DNA of 64,000 nucleotides from Escherichia coli O127:H6 str. E2348/69 (GTDB lineage Bacteria; Pseudomonadota; Gammaproteobacteria; Enterobacterales; Enterobacteriaceae): NCBI RefSeq assembly GCF_000026545.1, contig NC_011601.1; one strand, 5' to 3'. Shown piece by piece: positions 1 to 15,598 of this stretch (position 1 is its first letter; each line of letters starts with the position of its first letter). The notes under the pieces were generated by a model. It saw only the letters and a program-made list of their open reading frames with translations, ran no database searches and was not told where the DNA came from. The position numbers and the translations under genes were made by a program.

Positions 1-1
1 G

Positions 2-643
2 GAACAAAACTTTGACGGTCTGATAGTTACCGGCGCGCCGCTGGGCCTGGTGGAGTTTAATGATGTCGCTTACTGGCCGCAGATCAAACAGGTGCTGGAG
101 TGGTCGAAAGATCACGTCACCTCGACGCTGTTTGTCTGCTGGGCTGTACAGGCCGCGCTCAATATCCTCTATGGTATTCCTAAGCAAACCCGCACCGACA
201 AACTCTCTGGCGTTTACGAGCATCATATTCTCCATCCTCATGCGCTTCTGACGCGTGGCTTTGATGATTCATTCCTGGCACCGCATTCGCGCTATGCTGA
301 CTTTCCGGCAGCGTTGATTCGTGATTATACCGATCTGGAAATTCTGGCAGAGACGGAAGAAGGGGATGCATATCTGTTTGCCAGCAAAGATAAGCGCATT
401 GCCTTTGTGACGGGCCATCCCGAATATGATGCGCAAACGCTGGCGCAGGAATATTTCCGCGATGTGGAAGCCGGGCTAGACCCGGATGTACCGTATAACT
501 ATTTCCCGCACAATGATCCGCAAAATACACCGCGAGCGAGCTGGCGTAGTCACGGTAATTTGCTGTTTACCAACTGGCTCAACTATTACGTCTACCAGAT
601 CACGCCATATGATCTACGGCACATGAATCCAACGCTGGATTAA
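2..643 (+). CDS. metA: Homoserine O-succinyltransferase, C-terminal part (5' end outside window)
   Basis: Open frame from window start; translation ends ...[11 protein letters not shown] as in MetA; followed by a hairpin terminator. Confidence 0.85.
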   Translation, partial: EQNFDGLIVTGAPLGLVEFNDVAYWPQIKQVLEWSKDHVTSTLFVCWAVQAALNILYGIPKQTRTDKLSGVYEHHILHPHALLTRGFDDSFLAPHSRYADFPAALIRDYTDLEILAETEEGDAYLFASKDKRIAFVTGHPEYDAQTLAQEYFRDVEAGLDPDVPYNYFPHNDPQNTPRASWRSHGNLLFTNWLNYYVYQITPYDLRHMNPTLD

Positions 644-687
644 TCTTCTGTGATAGTCGATCGTTAAGCGATTCAGCACCTTACCTC

Positions 688-712
688 AGGCACCTTCGGG
701 TGCCTTTTTTAT
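688..712 (+). terminator. Rho-independent terminator after metA
   Basis: GC hairpin aggcacc-ttcg-ggtgcct followed by a T-run. Confidence 0.6.
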
Positions 713-911
713 TTCCGAAATACACCTCAGCAAGTGAATAAATTTTATTTATATTGTTATCAACAAGTTAATATGTATTTTTAATTAAAATGGAAATTGT
801 TTTTGATTTTGCATTTTAAATGAGTAGTCTTAGTTGTGCTGAACGAAAAGCGCACAACGGTCCTTCGTTCACAGTGGGGAAGTTTTCGGATCCATGACGA
901 GGAGCTGCACG
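713..911 (+). promoter_or_regulatory. aceBAK promoter/operator region (AT-rich; expected IclR/IHF/Cra control)
   Basis: AT-rich 200 bp upstream of aceB with a partially palindromic ggaaat-containing segment; site assignment from known biology of the aceBAK promoter, not mapped to the base. Confidence 0.45.
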
Positions 912-2513
912 ATGACTGAACAGGCAACAACAATCGATGAACTGGCTTTCACAAGGCCGTATGGCGAGCAGGAGAAGCAAATTCTTACTGCCGAAGCGGT
1001 AGAATTTCTGACTGAGCTGGTGACGCATTTTACGCCACAACGCAATAAACTTCTGGCAGCGCGCATTCAGCAGCAGCAGGATATCGATAACGGAACGTTG
1101 CCTGATTTCATTTCGGAAACAGCTTCCATTCGTGATGCTGATTGGAAAATTCGCGGGATTCCTGCGGACTTAGAAGATCGTCGCGTAGAGATTACCGGAC
1201 CTGTAGAGCGCAAGATGGTGATCAACGCGCTCAACGCCAATGTGAAAGTCTTTATGGCCGATTTCGAAGATTCACTGGCACCAGACTGGAACAAAGTGAT
1301 CGATGGGCAAATTAACCTGCGCGATGCGGTTAACGGCACCATCAGCTATAGCAATGAAGCAGGCAAAATTTATCAGCTCAAGCCCAATCCAGCGGTTTTG
1401 ATTTGTCGGGTACGCGGTCTGCACTTGCCGGAAAAACATGTCACCTGGCGTGGTGAGGCAATCCCCGGTAGCCTGTTTGATTTTGCGCTCTATTTCTTCC
1501 ACAACTATCAGGCACTGTTGGCAAAGGGCAGCGGTCCCTATTTCTATCTGCCGAAAACCCAGTCCTGGCAGGAAGCGGCCTGGTGGAGCGAAGTCTTCAG
1601 CTATGCAGAAGATCGCTTTAATCTGCCGCGCGGCACCATCAAGGCGACGTTGCTGATTGAAACGCTGCCCGCCGTGTTCCAGATGGATGAAATCCTTCAC
1701 GCGCTGCGTGACCATATTGTTGGTCTGAACTGCGGTCGTTGGGATTACATCTTCAGTTATATCAAAACATTGAAAAACTATCCCGATCGCGTCCTGCCAG
1801 ACAGACAGGCAGTGACGATGGATAAACCCTTCCTGAATGCTTACTCACGCCTGTTGATTAAAACCTGCCATAAACGCGGTGCTTTTGCGCTGGGCGGCAT
1901 GGCGGCGTTTATTCCGAGCAAAGATGAAGAGCGCAATAACCAGGTGCTCGACAAAGTAAAAGCGGATAAATCGCTGGAAGCCAATAACGGTCACGATGGC
2001 ACATGGATCGCTCACCCGGGCCTTGCTGATACGGCAATGGCGGTATTCAACGATATTCTCGGCTCCCGCAAAAACCAGCTTGAGGTGATGCGCGAACAAG
2101 ACGCGCCGATTACTGCCGATCAGCTGCTGGCACCTTGTGATGGTGAACGCACCGAAGAAGGTATGCGCGCCAACATTCGCGTGGCTGTGCAGTACATCGA
2201 AGCGTGGATCTCTGGCAATGGCTGTGTGCCGATTTATGGCCTGATGGAAGATGCGGCGACGGCTGAAATTTCCCGTACCTCAATCTGGCAGTGGATCCAT
2301 CATCAAAAAACGTTGAGCAATGGCAAACCGGTGACTAAAGCCTTGTTCCGCCAGATGCTGGGCGAAGAGATGAAAGTCATTGCCAGCGAACTGGGCGAAG
2401 AACGTTTCTCCCATGGGCGTTTTGACGATGCCGCACGCTTGATGGAACAGATCACCACTTCCGATGAGTTAATTGATTTCCTGACCCTGCCAGGCTACCG
2501 CCTGTTAGCGTAA
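912..2513 (+). CDS. aceB: Malate synthase A
   Basis: ORF 894..2513; start moved to [13 protein letters not shown]; full-length (about 533 aa) glyoxylate-shunt enzyme directly upstream of isocitrate lyase. Confidence 0.93.
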   Translation: MTEQATTIDELAFTRPYGEQEKQILTAEAVEFLTELVTHFTPQRNKLLAARIQQQQDIDNGTLPDFISETASIRDADWKIRGIPADLEDRRVEITGPVERKMVINALNANVKVFMADFEDSLAPDWNKVIDGQINLRDAVNGTISYSNEAGKIYQLKPNPAVLICRVRGLHLPEKHVTWRGEAIPGSLFDFALYFFHNYQALLAKGSGPYFYLPKTQSWQEAAWWSEVFSYAEDRFNLPRGTIKATLLIETLPAVFQMDEILHALRDHIVGLNCGRWDYIFSYIKTLKNYPDRVLPDRQAVTMDKPFLNAYSRLLIKTCHKRGAFALGGMAAFIPSKDEERNNQVLDKVKADKSLEANNGHDGTWIAHPGLADTAMAVFNDILGSRKNQLEVMREQDAPITADQLLAPCDGERTEEGMRANIRVAVQYIEAWISGNGCVPIYGLMEDAATAEISRTSIWQWIHHQKTLSNGKPVTKALFRQMLGEEMKVIASELGEERFSHGRFDDAARLMEQITTSDELIDFLTLPGYRLLA

Positions 2514-2542
2514 ACCACCACATAACTATGGAGCATCTGCAC

Positions 2543-3847
2543 ATGAAAACCCGTACACAACAAATTGAAGAATTACAGAAAGAGTGGACTCAACCGCGTT
2601 GGGAAGGCATTACTCGCCCGTACAGCGCGGAAGATGTGGTGAAATTACGCGGTTCAGTCAATCCGGAATGCACCCTGGCGCAACTGGGCGCGGCGAAAAT
2701 GTGGCGTCTGCTGCACGGCGAGTCGAAAAAAGGCTACATCAACAGCCTCGGTGCACTGACTGGCGGTCAGGCGCTGCAACAGGCGAAAGCGGGTATTGAA
2801 GCAGTCTATCTGTCGGGATGGCAGGTAGCGGCGGACGCTAACCTGGCGGCCAGCATGTATCCGGATCAGTCGCTCTACCCGGCAAACTCGGTGCCAGCTG
2901 TGGTGGAGCGGATCAACAATACTTTCCGCCGTGCGGATCAGATCCAATGGTCCGCGGGCATTGAGCCGGGCGATCCGCGCTATGTCGATTACTTCCTGCC
3001 GATCGTCGCCGATGCGGAGGCCGGTTTTGGCGGTGTACTGAATGCCTTTGAACTGATGAAAGCGATGATTGAAGCCGGTGCAGCGGCAGTTCACTTCGAA
3101 GATCAGCTGGCATCAGTGAAGAAATGTGGTCACATGGGCGGCAAAGTTTTGGTGCCAACTCAGGAAGCTATTCAGAAACTGGTCGCGGCGCGTCTGGCAG
3201 CTGATGTGACGGGCGTTCCAACCCTGCTGGTTGCTCGTACCGATGCCGATGCGGCGGATCTGATTACCTCCGATTGCGACCCATATGACAGCGAATTTAT
3301 TACTGGCGAGCGTACCAGTGAAGGCTTCTTCCGTACTCATGCGGGTATTGAGCAAGCGATCAGCCGTGGCCTGGCGTATGCGCCATATGCTGACTTGGTA
3401 TGGTGTGAAACCTCCACGCCGGATCTGGAACTGGCGCGTCGCTTTGCACAAGCCATCCACGCGAAATATCCGGGCAAACTGCTGGCTTATAACTGCTCGC
3501 CGTCGTTCAACTGGCAGAAAAACCTCGACGACAAAACTATTGCCAGCTTCCAGCAGCAGCTGTCGGATATGGGCTACAAGTTCCAGTTCATCACCCTGGC
3601 AGGTATCCACAGCATGTGGTTCAACATGTTTGACTTGGCAAACGCCTATGCCCAGGGCGAGGGTATGAAGCACTATGTTGAGAAAGTGCAACAGCCGGAA
3701 TTCGCCGCTGCAAAAGATGGCTATACCTTTGTTTCTCACCAGCAGGAAGTGGGTACGGGTTACTTCGATAAAGTGACGACCATTATTCAAGGTGGCACGT
3801 CTTCAGTTACCGCGCTGACCGGCTCCACCGAAGAATCGCAGTTCTAA
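2543..3847 (+). CDS. aceA: Isocitrate lyase
   Basis: Translation [15 protein letters not shown]...[13 protein letters not shown] (ICL active-site motif), 434 aa. Confidence 0.95.
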   Translation: MKTRTQQIEELQKEWTQPRWEGITRPYSAEDVVKLRGSVNPECTLAQLGAAKMWRLLHGESKKGYINSLGALTGGQALQQAKAGIEAVYLSGWQVAADANLAASMYPDQSLYPANSVPAVVERINNTFRRADQIQWSAGIEPGDPRYVDYFLPIVADAEAGFGGVLNAFELMKAMIEAGAAAVHFEDQLASVKKCGHMGGKVLVPTQEAIQKLVAARLAADVTGVPTLLVARTDADAADLITSDCDPYDSEFITGERTSEGFFRTHAGIEQAISRGLAYAPYADLVWCETSTPDLELARRFAQAIHAKYPGKLLAYNCSPSFNWQKNLDDKTIASFQQQLSDMGYKFQFITLAGIHSMWFNMFDLANAYAQGEGMKHYVEKVQQPEFAAAKDGYTFVSHQQEVGTGYFDKVTTIIQGGTSSVTALTGSTEESQF

Positions 3848-3867
3848 GCAACCGATAAACGTTGCTG

Positions 3868-5696
<1,829 letters not shown>

Positions 5697-5712
5697 ATCA
5701 GAGGCGAAAAAG

Positions 5713-6537
5713 TCAGCGTATTCCACCGTACGCCAGCGTCACTTCCTTCGCCGCTTTAATCACCATCGCGCCAAACTCGGTCACGCGGTCATCGGTAATA
5801 CGTGAAATCGGTCCGGAAATTGAAATTGCGGCAAACGGTTCGCGGTGCTCATCGAAAATACACGCTGCAAGGCAACGCAGCCCCAGCGCATGTTCCTCAT
5901 CGTCAAATGAATAACCCCGTTTGCGCGTTTGGGCGAGATCTTCTTTTAAATGCACAGGAGACACCAGCGTCGCGTGGGTATAGGCATGTAACCCTTTGCG
6001 GTGCAGCAGCTTCGTCACCTGTTCTTCGCTCAGTTGGGCCAGAAAGGCTTTACCCGCACCGGAAGCGTGCATCGGCAATTTACCGCCGATAGGCGCGGAC
6101 ATACGCATCAGGTGAGTACACTGTACCTGGTCGATAATAATCGCTTCGTGATTGCTTTGATCAAGCACCGCCATATTGACCGTTTCGCCAGACTCTTCCA
6201 TTAGATTGCGCAGGATAGGGTGAACAATCGCTAACAAATTACGGCTCTGGAGAAAGCTGCTACCGACCATAAAGGCGTGTGCGCCGATTGCCCAGTGACC
6301 CAGTTCGCCGACCTGACGGACAAAGCCCTGTTGCTGCATCGTGGTTAGCAGGCGGTGGGTCGTGGAATTGGGTAACCCGGCTTGCTGTGCCAGTTCCGTG
6401 AGTGCCACACTGCCATTGGATTCGGCAATCCACTCCAGTAATTTCAGGCCACGCGTTAAAGACTGAACCTGTCCAGTCGCTGGTGCGGTGGCAACGGCGG
6501 GTTTTCTGCCGCGTTTCGCGGGAATGGGTGCGACCAT
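5713..6537 (-). CDS. iclR: IclR transcriptional repressor of the glyoxylate shunt
   Basis: Minus-strand ORF 5713..6576; start set at MVAPIPAKRGRKPA (274 aa); HTH plus IclR effector domain; convergent with aceK with only 16 bp between stops. Confidence 0.9.
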   Translation of the reverse strand: MVAPIPAKRGRKPAVATAPATGQVQSLTRGLKLLEWIAESNGSVALTELAQQAGLPNSTTHRLLTTMQQQGFVRQVGELGHWAIGAHAFMVGSSFLQSRNLLAIVHPILRNLMEESGETVNMAVLDQSNHEAIIIDQVQCTHLMRMSAPIGGKLPMHASGAGKAFLAQLSEEQVTKLLHRKGLHAYTHATLVSPVHLKEDLAQTRKRGYSFDDEEHALGLRCLAACIFDEHREPFAAISISGPISRITDDRVTEFGAMVIKAAKEVTLAYGGIR

Positions 6538-6736
6538 GACAGTCTCCTTTTTCTGTATCGTGGAAATCATTTTCATTTTTATTGTTAGCTAATGCAATAG
6601 TTGCTGAACTGATCCGATGAGTTAATGTTGAACAAATCTCATGTTGCGTGGTGGTCGCTTTTACCACAGATGCGTTTATGCCAGTATGGTTTGTTGAATT
6701 TTTATTAAATCTGGGTTAAGCGTGTCGGGAGCAAGT
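6538..6736. promoter_or_regulatory. Divergent iclR / metH promoter region
   Basis: Intergenic region between divergently oriented iclR and metH; no individual sites mapped. Confidence 0.4.
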
Positions 6737-10420
<3,684 letters not shown>

Positions 10421-10428
10421 GTGATAAC

Positions 10429-10452
10429 ACCGGGGTATTTGCCCCGGTTTTT
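10429..10452 (+). terminator. Rho-independent terminator after metH
   Basis: Hairpin accgggg-tatttg-ccccggt followed by TTTTT. Confidence 0.65.
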
Positions 10453-10473
10453 AATGTCATAAATAATGGATTA

Positions 10474-10800
10474 TTGAACATGATAAAAATTGATGAAATA
10501 GATTTTTTTGCTTTCGAAGGATGTTCAGAGTCCGAAGTTACTGAACTATTAGGAAAAAAACAAACAGGTTATAATGATTGGATAATTAATATAAAAACAG
10601 GTGTGGAGTGGGTATTTTATGATGGTCGTTATTGGTTAGATTTTCGTAAATCCAAAGAGGGTATAAGGTGTATCTCATGCAGTATTCTGTATCACGATAA
10701 AAGTAAAGGGCGTATCGATGTCTTGTTTAGTGAAGGTATAGCTGACAGAGGTTTAAAAAATACGGGTGGAGTGTTAATCCAAAAACGCCCGCAATTATAA
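10474..10800 (+). CDS. Hypothetical small soluble protein (108 aa) in low-GC islet
   Basis: ORF in a roughly 35% GC segment; no recognisable motif; weak SD; W/Y-rich core WIINIKTGVEWVFYDGRYWLDF. Confidence 0.45.
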   Translation: MNMIKIDEIDFFAFEGCSESEVTELLGKKQTGYNDWIINIKTGVEWVFYDGRYWLDFRKSKEGIRCISCSILYHDKSKGRIDVLFSEGIADRGLKNTGGVLIQKRPQL

Positions 10801-10842
10801 TAATTCCTGGTAATATTTGTTTTCGTAAAAAGGATTTACTTT

Positions 10843-11292
10843 ATGCAACGTCAATATAAAAAATACATTCTTCTTTTTTGGGGGGGCATGGATGTTATCG
10901 CGATAGCCACATATCTGTTCTACTCGCTTGGTAATGATCGTATCCCTTTTTATTCCGATATCGTTCATTCACTTTCTTTACTTAAGGATATCGGTGTTGA
11001 AGGCGGTTTTTACGCTTATGCAGTCGCCACTGTTACGCTACAAATAGTATTATTGCTCTCTTTATTCTTTTCTGCGCAATGTTTTTTAAGACAAAAATTA
11101 TTTAGTTTCTCTTTTTTGGCGATTCAGGAAGTTATGCGTTTTGCTACCGTAAGCTGCTCAATCTCCGTAATACCGTTGTTACTTAATTATTTTCATTCAC
11201 AGAATCTGGTCTTAAATATTTCGTTGTTTATCTTCTCAGAGGTCACAAAAGTGACAACGATTATCTGGTGTAAACGACAGGGGAAAGTGTGA
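10843..11292 (+). CDS. Hypothetical membrane protein (149 aa, about 4 predicted TM helices) in low-GC islet
   Basis: ORF with SD aaagga 8 nt upstream; four hydrophobic stretches; T6G7 homopolymer in codons 11-15. Confidence 0.5.
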   Translation: MQRQYKKYILLFWGGMDVIAIATYLFYSLGNDRIPFYSDIVHSLSLLKDIGVEGGFYAYAVATVTLQIVLLLSLFFSAQCFLRQKLFSFSFLAIQEVMRFATVSCSISVIPLLLNYFHSQNLVLNISLFIFSEVTKVTTIIWCKRQGKV

Positions 11293-11462
11293 CAGAAATA
11301 GCAACAGATACAGGTGGATTTTTATATAAATGCCTTTTTAAATGCTTTCTTGTATAAATCTCTTATACTGAAAGTACATACAAGAGAAATGCCTGGATAA
11401 AAACAACGTGATTAGAAAAATCTTAACAGGAAAATGCATAACAAAAAGGAGAACCTGATTCC

Positions 11463-13094
11463 GTGCTAACTTTGCTTCACCTGCTTTCTGCCGTCGCCCT
11501 GCTGGTCTGGGGGACTCATATTGTTCGAACAGGCGTAATGCGCGTCTTCGGCGCGCGTCTGCGTACTGTCCTTAGCCGGAGCGTCGAAAAAAAGCCGCTC
11601 GCCTTTTGCGCGGGGATCGGCGTTACCGCACTGGTACAGAGCAGTAATGCCACCACCATGCTGGTGACCTCGTTCGTCGCTCAGGATCTGGTTGCTCTCG
11701 CGCCTGCGCTGGTGATTGTGCTGGGTGCAGATGTCGGGACGGCGCTGATGGCGCGTATTCTCACCTTCGATTTATCCTGGCTGTCACCGTTACTTATTTT
11801 TATCGGCGTGATTTTTTTCCTCGGACGCAAACAGTCACGCGCTGGGCAGCTGGGCCGCGTCGGTATTGGTCTTGGGCTGATTTTACTGGCGCTGGAGTTG
11901 ATTGTGCAGGCCGTAACGCCGATCACTCAGGCAAACGGCGTTCAGGTGATCTTTGCCTCACTGACTGGCGACATTTTGCTGGATGCGCTGATTGGTGCGA
12001 TGTTCGCCATTATCAGCTACTCCAGCCTTGCCGCGGTACTGCTGACCGCGACTTTGACCGCCGCAGGCATTATCTCTTTCCCAGTGGCGCTTTGTCTGGT
12101 GATTGGGGCAAACCTCGGTTCCGGCCTGCTGGCGATGCTCAACAACAGTGCCGCCAATGCCGCAGCCCGCCGTGTCGCGCTGGGTAGCCTGCTGTTTAAG
12201 CTGGTGGGTAGCCTGATTATCCTGCCGTTTGTTCATTTGCTGGCAGAGACAATGGGGAAGTTGCCATTGCCAAAAGCGGAACTGGTGATCTATTTCCACG
12301 TCTTCTACAACCTTGTACGCTGCCTGGTCATGTTGCCATTCGTTGACCCGATGGCACGGTTTTGCAAAACGATTATTCGCGATGAACCGGAACTGGATAC
12401 CCAGCTACGGCCTAAACATCTGGATGTCAGCGCGCTGGATACGCCCACGCTTGCTCTGGCGAACGCTGCCCGCGAAACCCTGCGCATTGGCGACGCCATG
12501 GAACAGATGATGGAAGGGTTGAATAAAGTGATGCACGGCGAGCCACGGCAGGAGAAAGAGCTGCGTAAGCTGGCTGATGACATCAACGTTCTCTATACCG
12601 CCATTAAGCTGTATCTGGCGCGGATGCCAAAAGAGGAACTGGCAGAAGAAGAGTCGCGCCGCTGGGCGGAGATCATTGAAATGTCGCTCAACCTTGAACA
12701 GGCCTCCGATATCGTCGAGCGCATGGGGAGTGAAATTGCCGACAAATCGCTGGCAGCAAGGCGAGCATTTTCGCTTGATGGCTTGAAGGAACTGGATGCG
12801 CTCTATGAGCAATTGCTCAGTAATTTAAAACTGGCAATGTCGGTTTTCTTCTCTGGCGATGTTACCAGCGCCCGTCGTTTGCGCCGCAGCAAACATCGTT
12901 TTCGCATTCTTAATCGCCGCTATTCCCACGCCCACGTCGATCGCCTGCACCAGCAAAACGTGCAGAGTATTGAAACCAGTTCGCTACATTTAGGCTTACT
13001 GGGAGATATGCAGCGTCTGAACTCGCTGTTTTGTTCGGTGGCTTACAGTGTGCTGGAACAGCCGGATGAAGATGAAGGACGGGACGAGTATTAA
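11463..13094 (+). CDS. yjbB: Na/Pi-cotransporter family inner-membrane protein (PhoU-like C-terminal domain)
   Basis: 543-aa ORF with GTG start; N-terminal polytopic membrane domain and C-terminal PhoU-like helical region; position matches yjbB. Confidence 0.85.
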   Translation: MLTLLHLLSAVALLVWGTHIVRTGVMRVFGARLRTVLSRSVEKKPLAFCAGIGVTALVQSSNATTMLVTSFVAQDLVALAPALVIVLGADVGTALMARILTFDLSWLSPLLIFIGVIFFLGRKQSRAGQLGRVGIGLGLILLALELIVQAVTPITQANGVQVIFASLTGDILLDALIGAMFAIISYSSLAAVLLTATLTAAGIISFPVALCLVIGANLGSGLLAMLNNSAANAAARRVALGSLLFKLVGSLIILPFVHLLAETMGKLPLPKAELVIYFHVFYNLVRCLVMLPFVDPMARFCKTIIRDEPELDTQLRPKHLDVSALDTPTLALANAARETLRIGDAMEQMMEGLNKVMHGEPRQEKELRKLADDINVLYTAIKLYLARMPKEELAEEESRRWAEIIEMSLNLEQASDIVERMGSEIADKSLAARRAFSLDGLKELDALYEQLLSNLKLAMSVFFSGDVTSARRLRRSKHRFRILNRRYSHAHVDRLHQQNVQSIETSSLHLGLLGDMQRLNSLFCSVAYSVLEQPDEDEGRDEY

Positions 13095-13179
13095 TACCGT
13101 GACTCTGAAGGCCTGATAAGACGCGTAATGAACTGCACCCCAAATGTTGGACATAATCTGACATCTGAAGGTACAGTTT

Positions 13180-13701
13180 ATGAAACATTCATTTGAAGTA
13201 AAACTTGCCGCTGTAAATCATTACCTGGCTGGTCATGCAGGCATCATTTCTACGGCAAAACTCTTTCAACTTTCTCACACCAGCCTCTCACACTGGATTA
13301 ATCTTTTTCTTCTTCACGGTCCTCGGGCACTGGATTGCAGACACAAGCGTAGCTATTCTCCTGAAGATAAACTTTGCGTGGTTCTTTATGCTCTCGGGCA
13401 TTCTGAGTCTCTACCCCGGGTAGCTGCCCGGTTTAACATTCCCAGCCACAACACGGTTAAAAACTGGATAAAAGGCTACCGCAAATCTGGTAATGAGGCC
13501 TTTATCAGGCGCAGGAAGGAGAAAAGCATGACCCGTTCTGATGATACCCATGAAAACGAGGCAAACATGACGCCGGAAGAGATGAAGAATGAGCTGCGTT
13601 ATCTTCGCGCAGAAAATGCATATCTGAAAGCCATGCAGGAGCATCTCCTGGAAAAAAAGCGCCAGGAGCTGGAGAAAAAACGAAAGTCATCCGGAGCCTG
13701 A
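13180..13701 (+). CDS. IS3-family transposase OrfA (HTH, leucine-zipper region)
   Basis: 173-aa ORF just inside the left IR; slippery heptamer A_AAA_AAG near its 3' end. Confidence 0.85.
   Translation: MKHSFEVKLAAVNHYLAGHAGIISTAKLFQLSHTSLSHWINLFLLHGPRALDCRHKRSYSPEDKLCVVLYALGHSESLPRVAARFNIPSHNTVKNWIKGYRKSGNEAFIRRRKEKSMTRSDDTHENEANMTPEEMKNELRYLRAENAYLKAMQEHLLEKKRQELEKKRKSSGA
13653..13659 (+). promoter_or_regulatory. Programmed -1 ribosomal frameshift site (A AAA AAG) for OrfAB fusion
   Basis: Canonical IS3 slippery heptamer in the orfA zero frame; the -1 frame continues as ...KAGLARSTLYYQL into orfB. Confidence 0.75.
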
Positions 13702-14240
13702 GGTGCGGACACTGCCAGTCTGACCTGTTAAAGGCTGGGCTGGCCAGAAGCACGCTGTACTACCAGCTGTCACTGCAGAAGGCTAAGGACAAGTATGCTG
13801 ATGTGAAACAGCTCATAGCCTCCATCTTCCATGAACACCGGGGATGTTATGGGTACCGGCGGATCCATTGTGAGCTTCAGAAAAGAGGTCTTAAGTTCAG
13901 TGGCAAAACAGTGCGAAAACTGATGCAACAGCTCGGCCTGAAGTCTCCTGTGCGCCTGAAGAAATACCGGTCTTACCGGGGAAATATGGGACTCGCTGCA
14001 GAAAATATCCTTCAGCGACAGTTCAAAGCGGAAGCTCCCTGTGAGAAATGGGTGACAGATATCACCGAATTCAGGGCTGGCGGACAAAAACTGTACCTGT
14101 CCCCGATACTTGATTTGTTTAACGGGGAAATCGTGGCGTGGGAAACTGCCTGCAGGCCTACAGAGGAGCTGGTGAAGCGCATGTTAAATAAGGGGCTGGA
14201 AAGCCTTGCAGAAGGAGAAAAACCGCTGCTCCACAGTGAT
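13659..14240 (+). pseudogene. IS3-family transposase OrfB, N-terminal part (DDE domain), interrupted by IS110 insertion after ...LLHSD
   Basis: Frame matches IS3 OrfB up to HSD, then diverges into unrelated sequence; the rest of the IS3 DDE domain resumes 1.37 kb downstream. Confidence 0.8.
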
Positions 14241-14521
14241 AGTAATAATGCCGGTATCAGTTTTTATCATCACTCTGTTTGCTGTTTAACCAGACTGGTG
14301 TGATTACTGATGCAGTGAAGACCTTCCCGCATCCTGACTCACACAGCGATCGACCCTTTGTGTCCTGCCCTGGACCTGTCGGTTGCCGGAAGCGCCTTCA
14401 TGCGAGGCGTCTCCTCACCGATGCGCGTGACTCAAGAAGGGCCTGACGGTTTGTCTCGTTACTGTCCTGTCCGGGTTATCTGTCTGGAGATTCAACTCTG
14501 TTTCCTCACAGGAGCTCTGTT
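14241..14521 (+). ncRNA. Candidate IS110-family bridge (guide) RNA in the left-end non-coding region
   Basis: Inference only: about 280 bp of non-coding sequence 5' of the IS110 recombinase, where the IS110-subgroup bridge RNA is encoded in IS621-like elements; no structure was computed. Confidence 0.35.
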
Positions 14522-15598
14522 ATGGCAGGTAAAGTTACGGAAACCGCTGTTGTGGGTGGCGTGGATACACATAAAGATCTGCACGTTGCCGCTGTCGTAG
14601 ATCAGAACAATAAAGTTCTGGGGACCCAGTTTTTCTCCACAACACGGCAAGGTTACCGGCAGATGCTGGCATGGATGACTTCGTTTGGGGCATTAAAGCG
14701 AATTGGTGTTGAGTGTACAGGCACCTATGGATCAGGTCTGCTTCGCTATTTACAGAATGCCGGGTTAGACGTTCTTGAGGTGACTGCGCCAGATCGGATG
14801 GAGCGACGCAAACGGGGTAAAAGTGACACGATTGATGCTGAATGTGCCGCTCACGCCGCATTCTCCGGAATAAGAACCGTCACACCCAAAACGCGCAATG
14901 GCATGATTGAGTCTCTGCGGGTATTAAAAACTTGCCGAAAAACAGCAATATCAGCCCGCAGAGTCGCTCTCCAGATTATCCATTCCAATATTATCTCTGC
15001 CCCGGATGAATTACGTGAACAGCTCAGAAATATGACGCGCATGCAGCTCATCAGGACTCTGGGATCCTGGCGGCCTGATGCCAGTGAATACCGCAATGTT
15101 ACCAACGTTTATCGTATTTCATTAAAGTCCCTTGCCCGACGCTATCTCGAGTTACATGACGAAATCGCTGATTTGGATGTCATGATTGCGGCAATTGTCG
15201 ATGAGCTGGCGCCTGAACTGATTAAACGTAATGCTATTGGATACGAAAGCGCTTCGCAGTTGCTGATCACGGCAGGAGACAATCCCCAACGATTAAGATC
15301 AGAATCAGGTTTTGCGGCACTGTGTGGTGTCAGCCCTGTTCCCGTATCTTCAGGAAAAACGAATCGTTATCGACTTAACCGGGGTGGAGATCGTGCTGCA
15401 AATAGTGCACTTCACATCATTGCCATCGGACGTTTGCGAACTGACGATAAAACGAAGGAATATGTCGCCAGACGAGTAGCGGAAGGGCATACAAAAATGG
15501 AAGCAATACGCTGCCTGAAGCGCTATATCTCACGCGAAGTTTATACATTACTGCGTAATCAAAACAGGCAGATCAACAGCATCCCGATAACGGCTTGA
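14522..15598 (+). CDS. IS110-family transposase/recombinase (DEDD RuvC-like domain plus C-terminal Tnp domain)
   Basis: 358-aa ORF; N-terminal GVDTHKD...ECTGTYG motif region characteristic of IS110/IS1111 transposases; true start may be slightly internal. Confidence 0.8.
   Translation: MAGKVTETAVVGGVDTHKDLHVAAVVDQNNKVLGTQFFSTTRQGYRQMLAWMTSFGALKRIGVECTGTYGSGLLRYLQNAGLDVLEVTAPDRMERRKRGKSDTIDAECAAHAAFSGIRTVTPKTRNGMIESLRVLKTCRKTAISARRVALQIIHSNIISAPDELREQLRNMTRMQLIRTLGSWRPDASEYRNVTNVYRISLKSLARRYLELHDEIADLDVMIAAIVDELAPELIKRNAIGYESASQLLITAGDNPQRLRSESGFAALCGVSPVPVSSGKTNRYRLNRGGDRAANSALHIIAIGRLRTDDKTKEYVARRVAEGHTKMEAIRCLKRYISREVYTLLRNQNRQINSIPITA

Noticed and set aside
10474-11292. Considered calling the metH-yjbB islet a toxin-antitoxin pair
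   Set aside because: No recognisable toxin or antitoxin fold motif is visible by eye, and the gene sizes and order do not fit a classic type II TA; kept as a hypothetical islet in the findings instead.
13803-14303. ORF-track protein 13803..14303 taken at face value as an intact 166-aa protein
   Set aside because: It is the middle of IS3 OrfB: its start is an internal Met (the real frame is entered by -1 frameshift at 13653-13659) and its last 20 residues are read-through into the inserted IS110 element.
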